Positions 20,272-28,728 of a stretch of 64,000 nucleotides of DNA are shown here, piece by piece. The position numbers and the translations under genes are program-made. The notes below the pieces were generated by a model. The model saw only the letters and a program-made list of their open reading frames with translations, did not search any database and had not been told where the DNA came from. Source of the DNA: an uncultured Coriobacteriaceae bacterium (GTDB lineage: Bacteria > Actinomycetota > Coriobacteriia > Coriobacteriales > Coriobacteriaceae); NCBI GenBank assembly GCA_944319885.1, contig CALUFC010000011.1:327-64326 (forward strand), read 5' to 3'. The stretch's first letter is position 1, and every line of letters starts with the position of its first letter.

Positions 20272-20622
20272 CTAGAAGTTCGCTCCGTTCCATCCGAAAT
20301 TGGGGGTGGAGCCGTAGGAGATGTATATGTGTGCGGGGTCGATTCCCAGCGTGCTCGCGACCACCGGTGTGATGAGTTCGGTCATGCGCTCCCATACCTC
20401 AGCTGCAATTTCGCTGCGCGCATAGACGCTGACCTCGATGAGCGCGCAGGGTTCGGCGTCGCTTCCCGCAAAATACATGGGCACCTTGTCATCGAACAGG
20501 CACATGAGCCATTGCTCGGACTTACCGGGCACCGTGGCGATGGCCTCGCCATAGGCGGCCTTGAGAGCCTCGCGATTTTCAGGGGAAATGGTGGTAGAGG
20601 TATGGGTCTTGATGACGGGCAT
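20272..20622 (-). CDS. Tautomerase-superfamily protein (MIF/phenylpyruvate tautomerase-like)
   Basis: The ATG at 20622 follows gaaaggag. The product starts MP..., where Pro-1 is the catalytic residue of the tautomerase superfamily. About 116 aa. Confidence 0.6.
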   Translation of the reverse strand: MPVIKTHTSTTISPENREALKAAYGEAIATVPGKSEQWLMCLFDDKVPMYFAGSDAEPCALIEVSVYARSEIAAEVWERMTELITPVVASTLGIDPAHIYISYGSTPNFGWNGANF

Positions 20623-20712
20623 ACGGGCTCCTTTCACGCGTGCCGATAGCTTCTAACGTTGTACCCAGTTGGGTCTGTCCGCGGCACGGTGCCTGTAGGT
20701 GCGCGGGCACAC

Positions 20713-21813
20713 CTAATTGCTCGCCTCAAGCAAAAGATAGATGCGCGGCTCGGTATGCTCGTCCCAATCCTCCTCGGTATCGGTGGAGTAGTAACAGTTG
20801 ACCTCTGCGCCGTCCACGATGCCGGCGTCATCGAGCTCGTAGTACTGCAAGCCTATGGATTCGTACATCGATCCCGCCAAAAACGCTTGCCGAAATGCCT
20901 CGGGAAGCGCGCCGTAGGTGAGCATGCCGTCTGCGCGCGCGGGAATGTCACGTGCGGCGAGGGGAGCATGCATGCGCGCGAGGTCCGCCTCGGTGCGGGC
21001 GAGGTTGTCTTCGAGGCTCGCGGCAGGATCGACGGCAAGCGTATAGCTCACCTCCACCACGGTGCCCGTGTTGTCGACGTCCACGCGCATATAGCTCCCG
21101 GTTTTCTCGCCGGTCGCATCGAGGATGTCGGCGGCGACGTAGTACCCAAGCTCGTCGTGTTTCTCGGTGGGGTCGATGCTGAAGGCGTCGAGCCCGGCAT
21201 CCTCGAGCGCCGAGGCGATGGCGCGGGTGGTTTGCGCTGCGGTCTCGGTCTCCTGCTCCATAATCGCCGTGCGCTGGATGAAGTGCGGCACATATGCGAG
21301 CGCGAGCACCATCAGCGACGTCGCGAGCGCGATGCGCCGTGCGCGTTTGGGGTTGGGTAGCGCGATGTCCAACGGCCTGGCAAGGCGTGCGGCCGCCGCG
21401 GCAAGCCCGTCGGAATCCTCCGGGTAGTCTCGCGCGCGTTGCGCGCCGCGGCGACGGCCGATTGCCGGGGCTTCTGCGTTGCTCGTATCGTCGTCCTGCC
21501 CGCCGCTCGTTACCCCTCGCTTTGCTTTTCGAGCTTTATACGCCGCAGACGACCACGTCTTTTTGTTGAGGTCGATGCGCGAGGCGAGGATGAGATAGGA
21601 GATGATAAACGTCCAGACGATGATGAGTGCGAGCATGATGGCTAGCCCGAAGATGTGCATGCCGGGATCATGAAATACCAGGTCATCGAGCATGGAGAGG
21701 AATATCCATTCGGCAGAGATAAGAATGATGTAGAACAGCCCATGCATTCCAAGCGACGGCAGCAGGTAGTACCACCGAATGAGAAGCCGCTCTCTGAGCG
21801 TGGTCGTGATCAC
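20713..21813 (-). CDS. Membrane-anchored protein of unknown function (367 aa)
   Basis: This is the C-terminal part of the 793-aa composite ORF. A GTG at 21813 lies 6 nt after GGGGAGGG. There are TM helices, a charged linker, and an acidic C-terminal domain. Confidence 0.55.
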   Translation of the reverse strand: MITTTLRERLLIRWYYLLPSLGMHGLFYIILISAEWIFLSMLDDLVFHDPGMHIFGLAIMLALIIVWTFIISYLILASRIDLNKKTWSSAAYKARKAKRGVTSGGQDDDTSNAEAPAIGRRRGAQRARDYPEDSDGLAAAAARLARPLDIALPNPKRARRIALATSLMVLALAYVPHFIQRTAIMEQETETAAQTTRAIASALEDAGLDAFSIDPTEKHDELGYYVAADILDATGEKTGSYMRVDVDNTGTVVEVSYTLAVDPAASLEDNLARTEADLARMHAPLAARDIPARADGMLTYGALPEAFRQAFLAGSMYESIGLQYYELDDAGIVDGAEVNCYYSTDTEEDWDEHTEPRIYLLLEASN

Positions 21814-21918
21814 AGGTATCCCTCCCCGATTTTGCAGCTGAATGGTATGTACCCAAAACGTGCGCGCCGCGCGATATACTGTTGCGCTTGTGAGGCAACG
21901 CGGCAAGGGGAGGGCTTC

Positions 21919-23091
21919 ATGCTCGCGAAGGTAAGGCGATATGTGGATGTGCGTGAGTTCATGCGCAAGGATCCCGTGCTCATGATCGCGCTTTCGCTTG
22001 CGTTGCTCTCGTGCATTGCCGTTCCGCCGGATGCGGGGTATCTGGATTATGTCGATGTGCGCACGCTCGGCATGTTGTTCAGCCTCATGGCGGTCATGGC
22101 GGGGCTCACGCGTGCCGGGGTGTTCAGCGCACTGTGCCGCCGTCTGCTCGCCATCGCCCGCGGTCCGCGGCGACTCTGCCTGACGTTGGTGCTGCTCGCG
22201 TTTTTCTCGAGCATGCTCATCACCAACGACGTCGCACTCGTTACCTTTGTGCCGCTTGCCCTGCTTGCGCTGCAGGCATTTCGATCCGAGCGGCTTACGT
22301 GCTTCACGGTGGTGCTCATGACCGTTGCGGCCAATCTCGGCAGTATGGCGACGCCCGTTGGGAATCCGCAGAACCTCTACCTCTATTCGGTGTCGCACAT
22401 GGCGCTCGGTGACTTTTTGTTGCTCATGCTGCCGTATGCGCTTGCGGCGCTCGTGCTGCTTGCCGTTGTGATCTGGGCGTGCGGGAAACCAAACGATGTA
22501 GCTGACGGTAGGGATACCGAGCGCCACGCCTCGCACGAAGATGTTCCGGCGGGCATGGCGACCCGCGGGATACTGCCGTGGCTTGCAGTGTTCGCGCTTG
22601 CCCTGTTGTCGGTCGCGCGCATGCTGCCATTCGAGGTTCCGGTGGCCGCGGCGGCTCTTGTGGGCGTCGCGTTCGACCGTGCGACACTGCGCCATGTTGA
22701 CTACGGATTGCTCATCACGTTCGTGGCGTTTTTCGTCTTTGTGGGCAACGTGGGGCGCATTGGTGCTGTGAGCGCCTTGATTGCCCAGATGGTGACGGGT
22801 CACGAGCTCATTGTTTCCGTGGCGGCCAGCCAGGTGCTCTCCAACGTACCGGCTGCGATTCTGCTTTCGGGTTTCACGGATGCTTGGCAGGCGCTTATCG
22901 TGGGCACGAACATCGGCGGGTTGGGGACACTCATCGCCTCGATGGCGAGTCTCATCTCCTATAAGCAGCTCGCGCTTGTGCTGCCGCATGCCAAAGGGCG
23001 CTACATGAAGCTCTTCACGGCGTGGAACATCGTGTTTCTGGTGGCGCTTGGTGTTTTGGCGGCGTTGCTTTCTATCGTTACGCTCCGATGA
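21919..23091 (+). CDS. ArsB/NhaD-superfamily anion permease (citrate-transporter-like)
   Basis: The ATG at 21919 follows aaggggaggg. About 10 TM helices. Motifs SSMLITNDVALVTFVP and GSMATPVGNPQNL are typical of this permease superfamily. Confidence 0.75.
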   Translation: MLAKVRRYVDVREFMRKDPVLMIALSLALLSCIAVPPDAGYLDYVDVRTLGMLFSLMAVMAGLTRAGVFSALCRRLLAIARGPRRLCLTLVLLAFFSSMLITNDVALVTFVPLALLALQAFRSERLTCFTVVLMTVAANLGSMATPVGNPQNLYLYSVSHMALGDFLLLMLPYALAALVLLAVVIWACGKPNDVADGRDTERHASHEDVPAGMATRGILPWLAVFALALLSVARMLPFEVPVAAAALVGVAFDRATLRHVDYGLLITFVAFFVFVGNVGRIGAVSALIAQMVTGHELIVSVAASQVLSNVPAAILLSGFTDAWQALIVGTNIGGLGTLIASMASLISYKQLALVLPHAKGRYMKLFTAWNIVFLVALGVLAALLSIVTLR

Positions 23092-23157
23092 CATTATCTT
23101 TGCAGGCGCCTTCTACCATGGAAAAGCGTCGTTATCGCTGTGTGGAAAGGTGACCTC

Positions 23158-23475
23158 ATGGGTAAGAAGGCAGAGGATTCGCAGGTTGTTCCGTATGGTA
23201 TCGACGCGGTGTGGGGCGCGTTGCTGAGCGGGCTGGCAAATTCGAAGTTCAAGATCGTCTCAACCGATGAGGCGGCGCACACCATGGAGATCAAAACGGG
23301 TATCAGCCTGCGTTCATGGGGTGAGAAGCTGCATGTTGAGCTGGCGTCCGAGGCCGAGGGGACGCGTGTCTCCATTCGCTCGGCGGCAAAGCTCGGCACC
23401 ACGTTGTTCGATTATGGCAAGAATGCCGAGAACGTTCGGAAGATCATTGAGATCATCCATGTGCAGCTTGGATAG
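23158..23475 (+). CDS. Small hypothetical protein (105 aa)
   Basis: ORF with an upstream gaaaggtga. No family recognised. Confidence 0.4.
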   Translation: MGKKAEDSQVVPYGIDAVWGALLSGLANSKFKIVSTDEAAHTMEIKTGISLRSWGEKLHVELASEAEGTRVSIRSAAKLGTTLFDYGKNAENVRKIIEIIHVQLG

Positions 23476-23512
23476 CCCAGCGGCTCCACGGTAATAGCGG
23501 GCGCGTCGGGAC

Positions 23513-24121
23513 TCATATCGGCATATCGTCGATGCCGGCAAATCCGGTTTGCCGCAGCGCTTCATACAGGACGATCGCGGCGGCGTTTGAGAGGTTGAGC
23601 GCGCTGATGCGGTAGCCGTTGGGGTCGATGAAGTTGCCGCAGATATCCTGCCGTTGTAGCGCGGCGTGCTCGGTATCCTCGCCGGCAGGCTCCTTCCATG
23701 CGTCGCGGTTGGCGAGCGACGCGCTGTCGGTGAGCATGGGGATACGCTCGCAGCTTGCGGGGTAGGCGGCGAGCAGTTCCTCGGGAAGGCCGGCGCTCTC
23801 CTTGCCGAGTACGAGAAAGTCACCGTCGCGATAGGCAGCTTCGGTATAGCGCCGGCGCGCCTTTTTCGTGAGCAGATGCAGGCGCTCGCCGGCATCATCT
23901 CCCGTGAGGTTGTTCTGCGCGAGAAAGTCGTCCCAGCCGTCGTACACGCGCACGTCGAGGTTGGGCCAGTAGCCCAGCCCCGCGCGATGGAGCGCACGAT
24001 CGTCGAGCGAGAACCCCAAGGGGCGGATGAGATGCAGGCGTGTGCCGGTGACCACGCAGGTACGGCCGATGTTGCCGGTGTTGGCGGGAATTTCGGGTTC
24101 GAGCAAAACGAGGTTGAACAC
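23513..24121 (-). CDS. trmL: tRNA (cytidine/uridine-2'-O)-methyltransferase TrmL-like (SpoU/TrmH family) with an internal insertion
   Basis: GTG start after aaggag. The N-terminus LLEPEIPANTGNIGRTC and the C-terminal motif SLNLSNAAAIVLYEALRQ are TrmL hallmarks. At 202 aa it is longer than the usual ~155-160. Confidence 0.78.
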   Translation of the reverse strand: MFNLVLLEPEIPANTGNIGRTCVVTGTRLHLIRPLGFSLDDRALHRAGLGYWPNLDVRVYDGWDDFLAQNNLTGDDAGERLHLLTKKARRRYTEAAYRDGDFLVLGKESAGLPEELLAAYPASCERIPMLTDSASLANRDAWKEPAGEDTEHAALQRQDICGNFIDPNGYRISALNLSNAAAIVLYEALRQTGFAGIDDMPI

Positions 24122-24250
24122 GATGGCTGCTCCTTGTCGCGTGAATCATCGGCGATGTCGATCATCTTACTGTACCACCTGCCTGCTATGATACGTGATA
24201 GAGTGTCATGTGGTTTACTTTTGAGAGGCGCAGAGCTCAGGGGAGGAGAC

Positions 24251-25354
24251 ATGGGAGTGCTTCATCAGGTTCATCGCCTGGGCGTTGTGCTCATCAACAC
24301 CGGATCGCCCGATGCTCCGACGCCCGAAGCGGTCCGCGCTTATCTCGAGACGTTTTTGATGGACGATCATATTCGACCGCTGCCCAAGCCGTTCTGGCGC
24401 GCGATACTCAACCATATGATCTTGCCCAAGCGCAGCGTCGCATCGGCAGAGAAGTACCGTTCAATCTGGACCGACGAGGGCTCTCCGCTGGTTGCTACAG
24501 GCAGTTCACTAGCTGCTAAGGTTGAGGTCTTGTTACAACAAGGGTGGGAAGCGTCTTCGTATTGCGTTCGAGACCTCGAGGGGCAGAAGGGTGTGACGGA
24601 CCCCTTTTCTTGTGTGGCGGGCGCTGCCCATGAAGTTTTGCCTCCGCTTGCTCGTCAAGCAATGCTTTATGGTTCGCCCTCGCTGCGCGATACGCTTGCC
24701 GAGCTTCGAGATGCGGGCTGCAGCGAGCTTGTGATCATCCCGCTGTATCCCCAGTCGGCGTTTTCCACAACTGCCGCGGCACTCGACGGCGCTTATCGCG
24801 CGCTCGACAAGTTGGACTGGTCGCCCCGTGTTCTCACCGTCGAGAGCTATGGCATGAATGTTGCCTATCTTGATGCCGTTGCGGCTTCGATTTCATCTGC
24901 TGGATACAACCCCGCTTCCGACTACCTATTGCTCTCGTTCCATGCCGTGCCGCTGCCCGACATTGACCGAGGCGATACCTATTCACAACAGGTTGGTGCT
25001 TCTTCGCAAGAGATAGCGCGGCGACTTGGCGCTGCCTCAGGCACATGGGGTATTGCCTATCAGTCGCCATTCGAGGATGGCCGGCGATGGACGGGGCCAT
25101 TTACCAAGCGAGTCATCGCTCAAGTTGCTCATGAGTCGACACGACGTCTTGTGGTGTGCTGCCCTGGTTTCTCGGTTGACTGCCTTGAGACGCTCTACGA
25201 CGTCGAGCAGGTTTTCCGAGGGTTGTTCCTCGAGGCGCGTGGAAGCCAACTTGGCGATGACTTTCTTTATGTTCCCTGTCTGGACGACGCAGACGAGCAC
25301 GCTCGTATGTTGGCACACGTGGTAACCACCTCGCTTGCGCGCGATGACGAATAG
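24251..25354 (+). CDS. hemH: Ferrochelatase (HemH/CpfC)
   Basis: The ATG at 24251 follows gggaggag. Ferrochelatase motifs are present: VLINTGSPD, LIIPLYPQS, LLSFHAVP, CPGFSVDCLETL. Confidence 0.8.
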   Translation: MGVLHQVHRLGVVLINTGSPDAPTPEAVRAYLETFLMDDHIRPLPKPFWRAILNHMILPKRSVASAEKYRSIWTDEGSPLVATGSSLAAKVEVLLQQGWEASSYCVRDLEGQKGVTDPFSCVAGAAHEVLPPLARQAMLYGSPSLRDTLAELRDAGCSELVIIPLYPQSAFSTTAAALDGAYRALDKLDWSPRVLTVESYGMNVAYLDAVAASISSAGYNPASDYLLLSFHAVPLPDIDRGDTYSQQVGASSQEIARRLGAASGTWGIAYQSPFEDGRRWTGPFTKRVIAQVAHESTRRLVVCCPGFSVDCLETLYDVEQVFRGLFLEARGSQLGDDFLYVPCLDDADEHARMLAHVVTTSLARDDE

Positions 25355-25531
25355 CGCAGATCCGGTTGCTGCGAATACGAGTTTGCCATAACGGCTTGTT
25401 CCGCAGCCTTGAAAGCATACTTCGAGATGAACAAAAGATAGATAAAGCTAACTTTTTGCGTCGCAACACTGTTCTTTCTGATAAGTTAAATGCGGTTAAC
25501 AAAGTTGTAGGTAGCCTACCAAGGAACCGGC

Positions 25532-26195
25532 ATGGAACGTCCCATATCGCAAGGTGAGCTTGAGGCTTCTGTTGTTCGGCTGTGCGCGCCCGTGCTGCTC
25601 GGCGCCAAGCCGGGAAATCTCTTTACGTTCTGCGGGTGCTTTGCGCTTGATTGCCCCGACTGCCTCGATGAAGCTTGTCGGGTCTCGGCGACAAAAGCAG
25701 GGGAGCAGCGTCGGATATCGGTGCGCCGCGCCCGCCTGAGGGAAATCGTTTCCAAACTTGATGTACGACTTTCTCCCCATGGCGCGCGGTGCCGTGTTCT
25801 TGCATGGCGCCCTTTTGGAGCGCTTGTATATGTGTTTCGCCCCGTGCTTGTAGCGCGCCATCTGAGTGATAGCTCGGTGGCGCAAGATCTGGTCGACCTG
25901 GGATACCCCCGCGGAGTAACGAGGCATCTTGCAGGGCTGCACGTCCGTAGAGCACGTTATGCACCTGCTGAAAAAAAGAGCGCTTGGAGGGGTTTCTCTC
26001 TCGTCTCGTTGCGCGATTTGAAGAACAGGCTGTTCCACACGAGATTGGCTATTTCTTAGGGTATCCCGCTTCGGACGTACGCGGTTTTATCGAGCACGGG
26101 GGTCGCGACTTCTTATGCTGCGGCTGTTGGAAGGTATATGCCGATGTCCGAGGAGCGCAGCGCCGGTTTGCACGATACAAGCGCTGCACCCGGCG
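25532..26195 (+). pseudogene. DUF3793-like gene disrupted by a frameshift at an A7 run, with the 3' end lost
   Basis: The N-terminal 148 codons are in one frame. The conserved C-terminal motif (PHEIGYFLGYPASDVRGFIEHGG..CCGCWKVY) continues in a different frame immediately after the A7 run at 25971-25977. Confidence 0.6.
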
Positions 26196-26530
26196 CTGGT
26201 GCCGAAGCCGAGGTCATTGCCTGCAGCGATTTCTCGGCATCCGACCTCGATGCATACGGTGCCTTTGCCTTCGGGTGCCCTGCAATGGGTTTCGAGGAGT
26301 TGGAAAGCGACGAGTTCGAGCCCATGTGGGATGATGTCGAGGCCGAGCTTCCGGGACGCAAGGTCGCACTTTTTGGCAGCTACGATTGGGCGGATGGGGA
26401 ATGGATGGATCTGTGGCGTGAGCGCGCCGAGTCGGCGGGCATCACCGTTGCGGACGCCGTAATTGCGAAAGATTATCCCGATGAGGCTGCTTCGGTTGAT
26501 TGCAAAGCGCTCGGGGCTGCGCTGGCGTAG
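26138..26530 (+). pseudogene. Short-chain flavodoxin lacking its N-terminal FMN phosphate-binding loop
   Basis: It aligns by eye to clostridial flavodoxin from about residue 26 onward (GCPAMG, SDEFEP, KVALFGSYDWADGEWM). The WSGTGNTE-type loop is absent. Confidence 0.6.
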
Positions 26531-26577
26531 AGGCCTAAGGCGGTCAGGCAATCATTTATCTAGCCTACTCAGATGAC

Positions 26578-26610
26578 AGCGCCCTGCAGGGAACGTGCCC
26601 GCAGGGCGCT
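26578..26610 (+). terminator. Hairpin after the flavodoxin remnant
   Basis: agcgccctgc ... gcagggcgct, 10-bp stem, no T tract. Confidence 0.4.
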
Positions 26611-26850
26611 CCATCCTCATACAACCTGGGAGGCGAGCGACCGCACGGTCTCCTCGTAGCCGCCGCCCGATTGGTAACGTGCCGACCGCCATGTCTGCTG
26701 GGCACCCCGCTCGATTTCCAACAGCGCAACTTGGATGGAAGATCTTGTTCCGCAGCTCAGATGGCCTGTAAATCACTTTATACTGCGTCTTGGACGCCCC
26801 TCGGCTATGTTCGGGATGTCAGAGAGGTTGCGAGGGATGAGGAAGCGCGC

Positions 26851-26941
26851 ATGGACGTCGGTAACCAGATCAGGGAGCGGCGGCAGCGGCTCGGACTCTC
26901 CCAGGAGGAGCTCGCGCAGAGGCTCTACGTGAGCCGCGTCA
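26851..26941 (+). pseudogene. 5' fragment (30 codons) of an XRE-HTH regulator gene, paralog of 49669..50253
   Basis: MDVGNQIRERRQRLGLSQEELAQRLYVSRV matches MDIGNQIRERRQRLGLSQDELAQKLYVSRV. The homology stops abruptly at 26941, where a microsatellite begins. Confidence 0.65.
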
Positions 26942-26972
26942 TGAATCTGAATCTGAATCTGAATCTGAATCT
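26942..26972. repeat. Hexanucleotide microsatellite (TGAATC/GAATCT) x5
   Basis: Direct reading: atgaatctgaatctgaatctgaatctgaatcta. Confidence 0.97.
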
Positions 26973-26993
26973 ACCCCGATTCCGTTTACACCC

Positions 26994-27194
26994 CTACGCC
27001 GCATTCAGGGCGGCGCCATCCCGACGCCTCGCCTCGAACTCCGCCGGGCTGAGGTCCCCCAGCGCCGAGCGGATCCTGACCCTGTTGTAGAAAGCCTCGA
27101 TGCACTCGGAGATCTCGAGCGATGCCTGCCCGCGCGTCTCGAAGGTTCTCGCGTGCACGCACTCGGCCTCGATGAGGCCCCATGAGCGACTCCA
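26994..27194 (-). mobile_element. IS3-family transposase (OrfB, rve domain) C-terminal remnant, about 66 codons
   Basis: The minus-strand translation is WGLIEAECVHARTFETRGQASLEISECIEAFYNRVRIRSALGDLSPAEFEARRRDGAALNAA*. The FYNxxRxxSALGxxSPxxFE tail is typical of IS3-family OrfB. No upstream part of the transposase is present. Confidence 0.7.
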
Positions 27195-27807
27195 TGTAGC
27201 GCGTCATGAAGTCCATGCCGCGCCCGCCCATCATGTAGAACATGCAGGCGAGGGATATGACGACGGAGGCGAGGCAGGCGAGGCCGAGCCGCCAGTCGAA
27301 GACGAAGAACAGCACCAGCATGCCCAAGATCATGGCGATGCTGCCCGCCGTGTCCGGGAGCTTGTGGGCGAGGAGCCCCTCGGTCTCGGCGGCGCAGCCG
27401 TCCACGACGCGGCGCAGCGCCCCGCTCGCGTGCGTGTCGAAGTAGCCGAGGCTCGCGTGCATGAGGTGGTCCGTGGTGCGCTTGCGCATGTTGGACGCGC
27501 AGCGGAAGGCCGCGAGGTGCGTGCACATGAGGCCGGCGAAGTAGATGAGGATGCTCGCGGCCGCAAGGCCGAACGCCCACCAGCCGTACGCGGCGATCCC
27601 CGTGGCCGCGCCCCAGTCGGGGGCCACGGCGATGAGGTCGCGCGCCACGAGCCAGATGCAGACGTACGGGCCGAAGCTCACGAGCATCGAGACGGCCGAG
27701 AGCGCGCAGCCCAGATAGGTGAGCATGCGCCGCTCTCCGGCGAAGCCGAGCAGCTGTGTCAAGGGATTCGGCGTTTTGCCCGCGCTCGTCCCGGAAGAGG
27801 ATGCCAT
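27195..27807 (-). pseudogene. N-terminal transmembrane-domain fragment of an ABC exporter (MsbA-type), truncated by the IS remnant
   Basis: The ATG at 27807 follows ggagg. There are about 200 aa of TM helices of the ABC exporter type (LLGFAGERRMLTYLGCALSAV...). No nucleotide-binding domain follows. The junction position is approximate (27195-27215). Confidence 0.6.
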
Positions 27808-28281
27808 AGGGAAGCCTCCAATCGCTTGTACGGATATCTCCGCTACCGCATCATTCAAGTAACCTATGGCTAACTATTGGAGCGGAGATTGGGACAAATT
27901 CGAAACAGCTCGTTTTTGCATGTGATCGAGGACCTGTATCTGCCGCAGGTGGAGCAGTTCGGCATAGCGCTCAAATGCCGCGGCGCCGCGCTTGCGGGAG
28001 GCGTTTCGAACGAGCGCGTAGATGCTCGGGTAGTGGTATGTCCGTTGGGGCGCGCGGGCGCGGTGGTCTCGCATCGCATCCGCATCAAGCGCGACATTCG
28101 CTTCGAGGAACGAGGCGTGCCAGGGCTCTGCGCGAGCACGCTTTCTGCTGACAGCCTGGCGCTCTGTTCGGTGGTACAGCCCAGAGATCCACATGAGACG
28201 GGAAACGTTGCTGTTTTTGGCCAGGATCGCTATGAACGGTGTTACCCGCTGCGCTCGCTAAGTCCCCTCTTCGGCGGAGCG

Positions 28282-28728
28282 ATGCTTAATGAGCGGCGTC
28301 TGGCCGCGGGTGCCGATGCCGTGGCGACGCTTGCGATTGGCTGGTATGCGGAGCGCGAGCGAGCCGAACGGGCGGCGGGCACGCTCGCGCAGGCGTGGCT
28401 TGTTCGCGCAGCGCGTCGTCTGGTGGTACAGCACTTGGACGAGGACCTCTCGCTCGACCGCATTGCTCGCGACCTTTTGGTCAGCCGCACGCGGCTCTGA
28501 GCGGCGTTTCGTCGCGAGACGGGGGAGGGCCTGGGCTCTTTTGTCAGACGCGTGCGCATGGAACGCACGGCGTATCTGCTTGAGGACGATGTCATGAGCG
28601 TGGGCGAGATCGCTGCGGCTGTTGGCTATCAGCGCGCCTCAAGCTTCACCGTTGCGTTTGAACGCTGTGTTGGCTGCTCGCTGCAGCATTGGCGCAAGCG
28701 CGTGCTCGAAGCGCGAGCCGCTACATGA
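28282..28728 (+). pseudogene. AraC-family HTH regulator with an in-frame TGA at 28498-28500
   Basis: The two HTH units read LSLDRIARDLLVSRTRL-TGA-AAFRRETGEGLGSFVRRVRMERTAYLLEDDVMSVGEIAAAVGYQRASSFTVAFERCVG in a single frame. The N-terminal boundary is uncertain, as the frame stays open back to 27877. Confidence 0.6.

Noticed and set aside
20713-23094. 793-aa minus-strand ORF treated as one gene
   Set aside because: Only the last 367 codons (from the GTG at 21813, which has a strong RBS) look like a real protein. The upstream 426 codons are antisense to a well-supported ArsB/NhaD-type permease on the plus strand and are His/Arg-rich and nonsensical.
23666-25354. 562-aa plus-strand ORF as a single gene
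   Set aside because: Its first 195 codons are antisense to trmL. Ferrochelatase homology and an RBS begin at the ATG at 24251.
26942-26972. Possible CRISPR or other spaced-repeat array
   Set aside because: The units are only 6 nt, directly tandem, without spacers. It is a microsatellite, not a CRISPR array. No cas genes are present in the window.
26986-27858. 290-aa minus-strand ORF as an intact protein
   Set aside because: It is a chimera. The ABC exporter TM domain reads into an IS3 transposase remnant in the wrong frame. It was split into two pseudogene or mobile-element features.
27874-28194. 106-aa minus-strand ORF (MWISGLYHRTERQ...YAELLHLRQIQVLDHMQ) upstream of the truncated ABC exporter
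   Set aside because: No family was recognised. It overlaps a plus-strand frame that stays open into the AraC HTH region. I could not decide which strand, if either, is coding, so it is left unannotated.
28498-28500. The in-frame TGA in the AraC gene as selenocysteine or programmed read-through
   Set aside because: The position corresponds to an ordinary Ser of the HTH. No SECIS-like hairpin is evident immediately downstream and no selenoprotein context exists. A nonsense mutation or sequencing error is more parsimonious.
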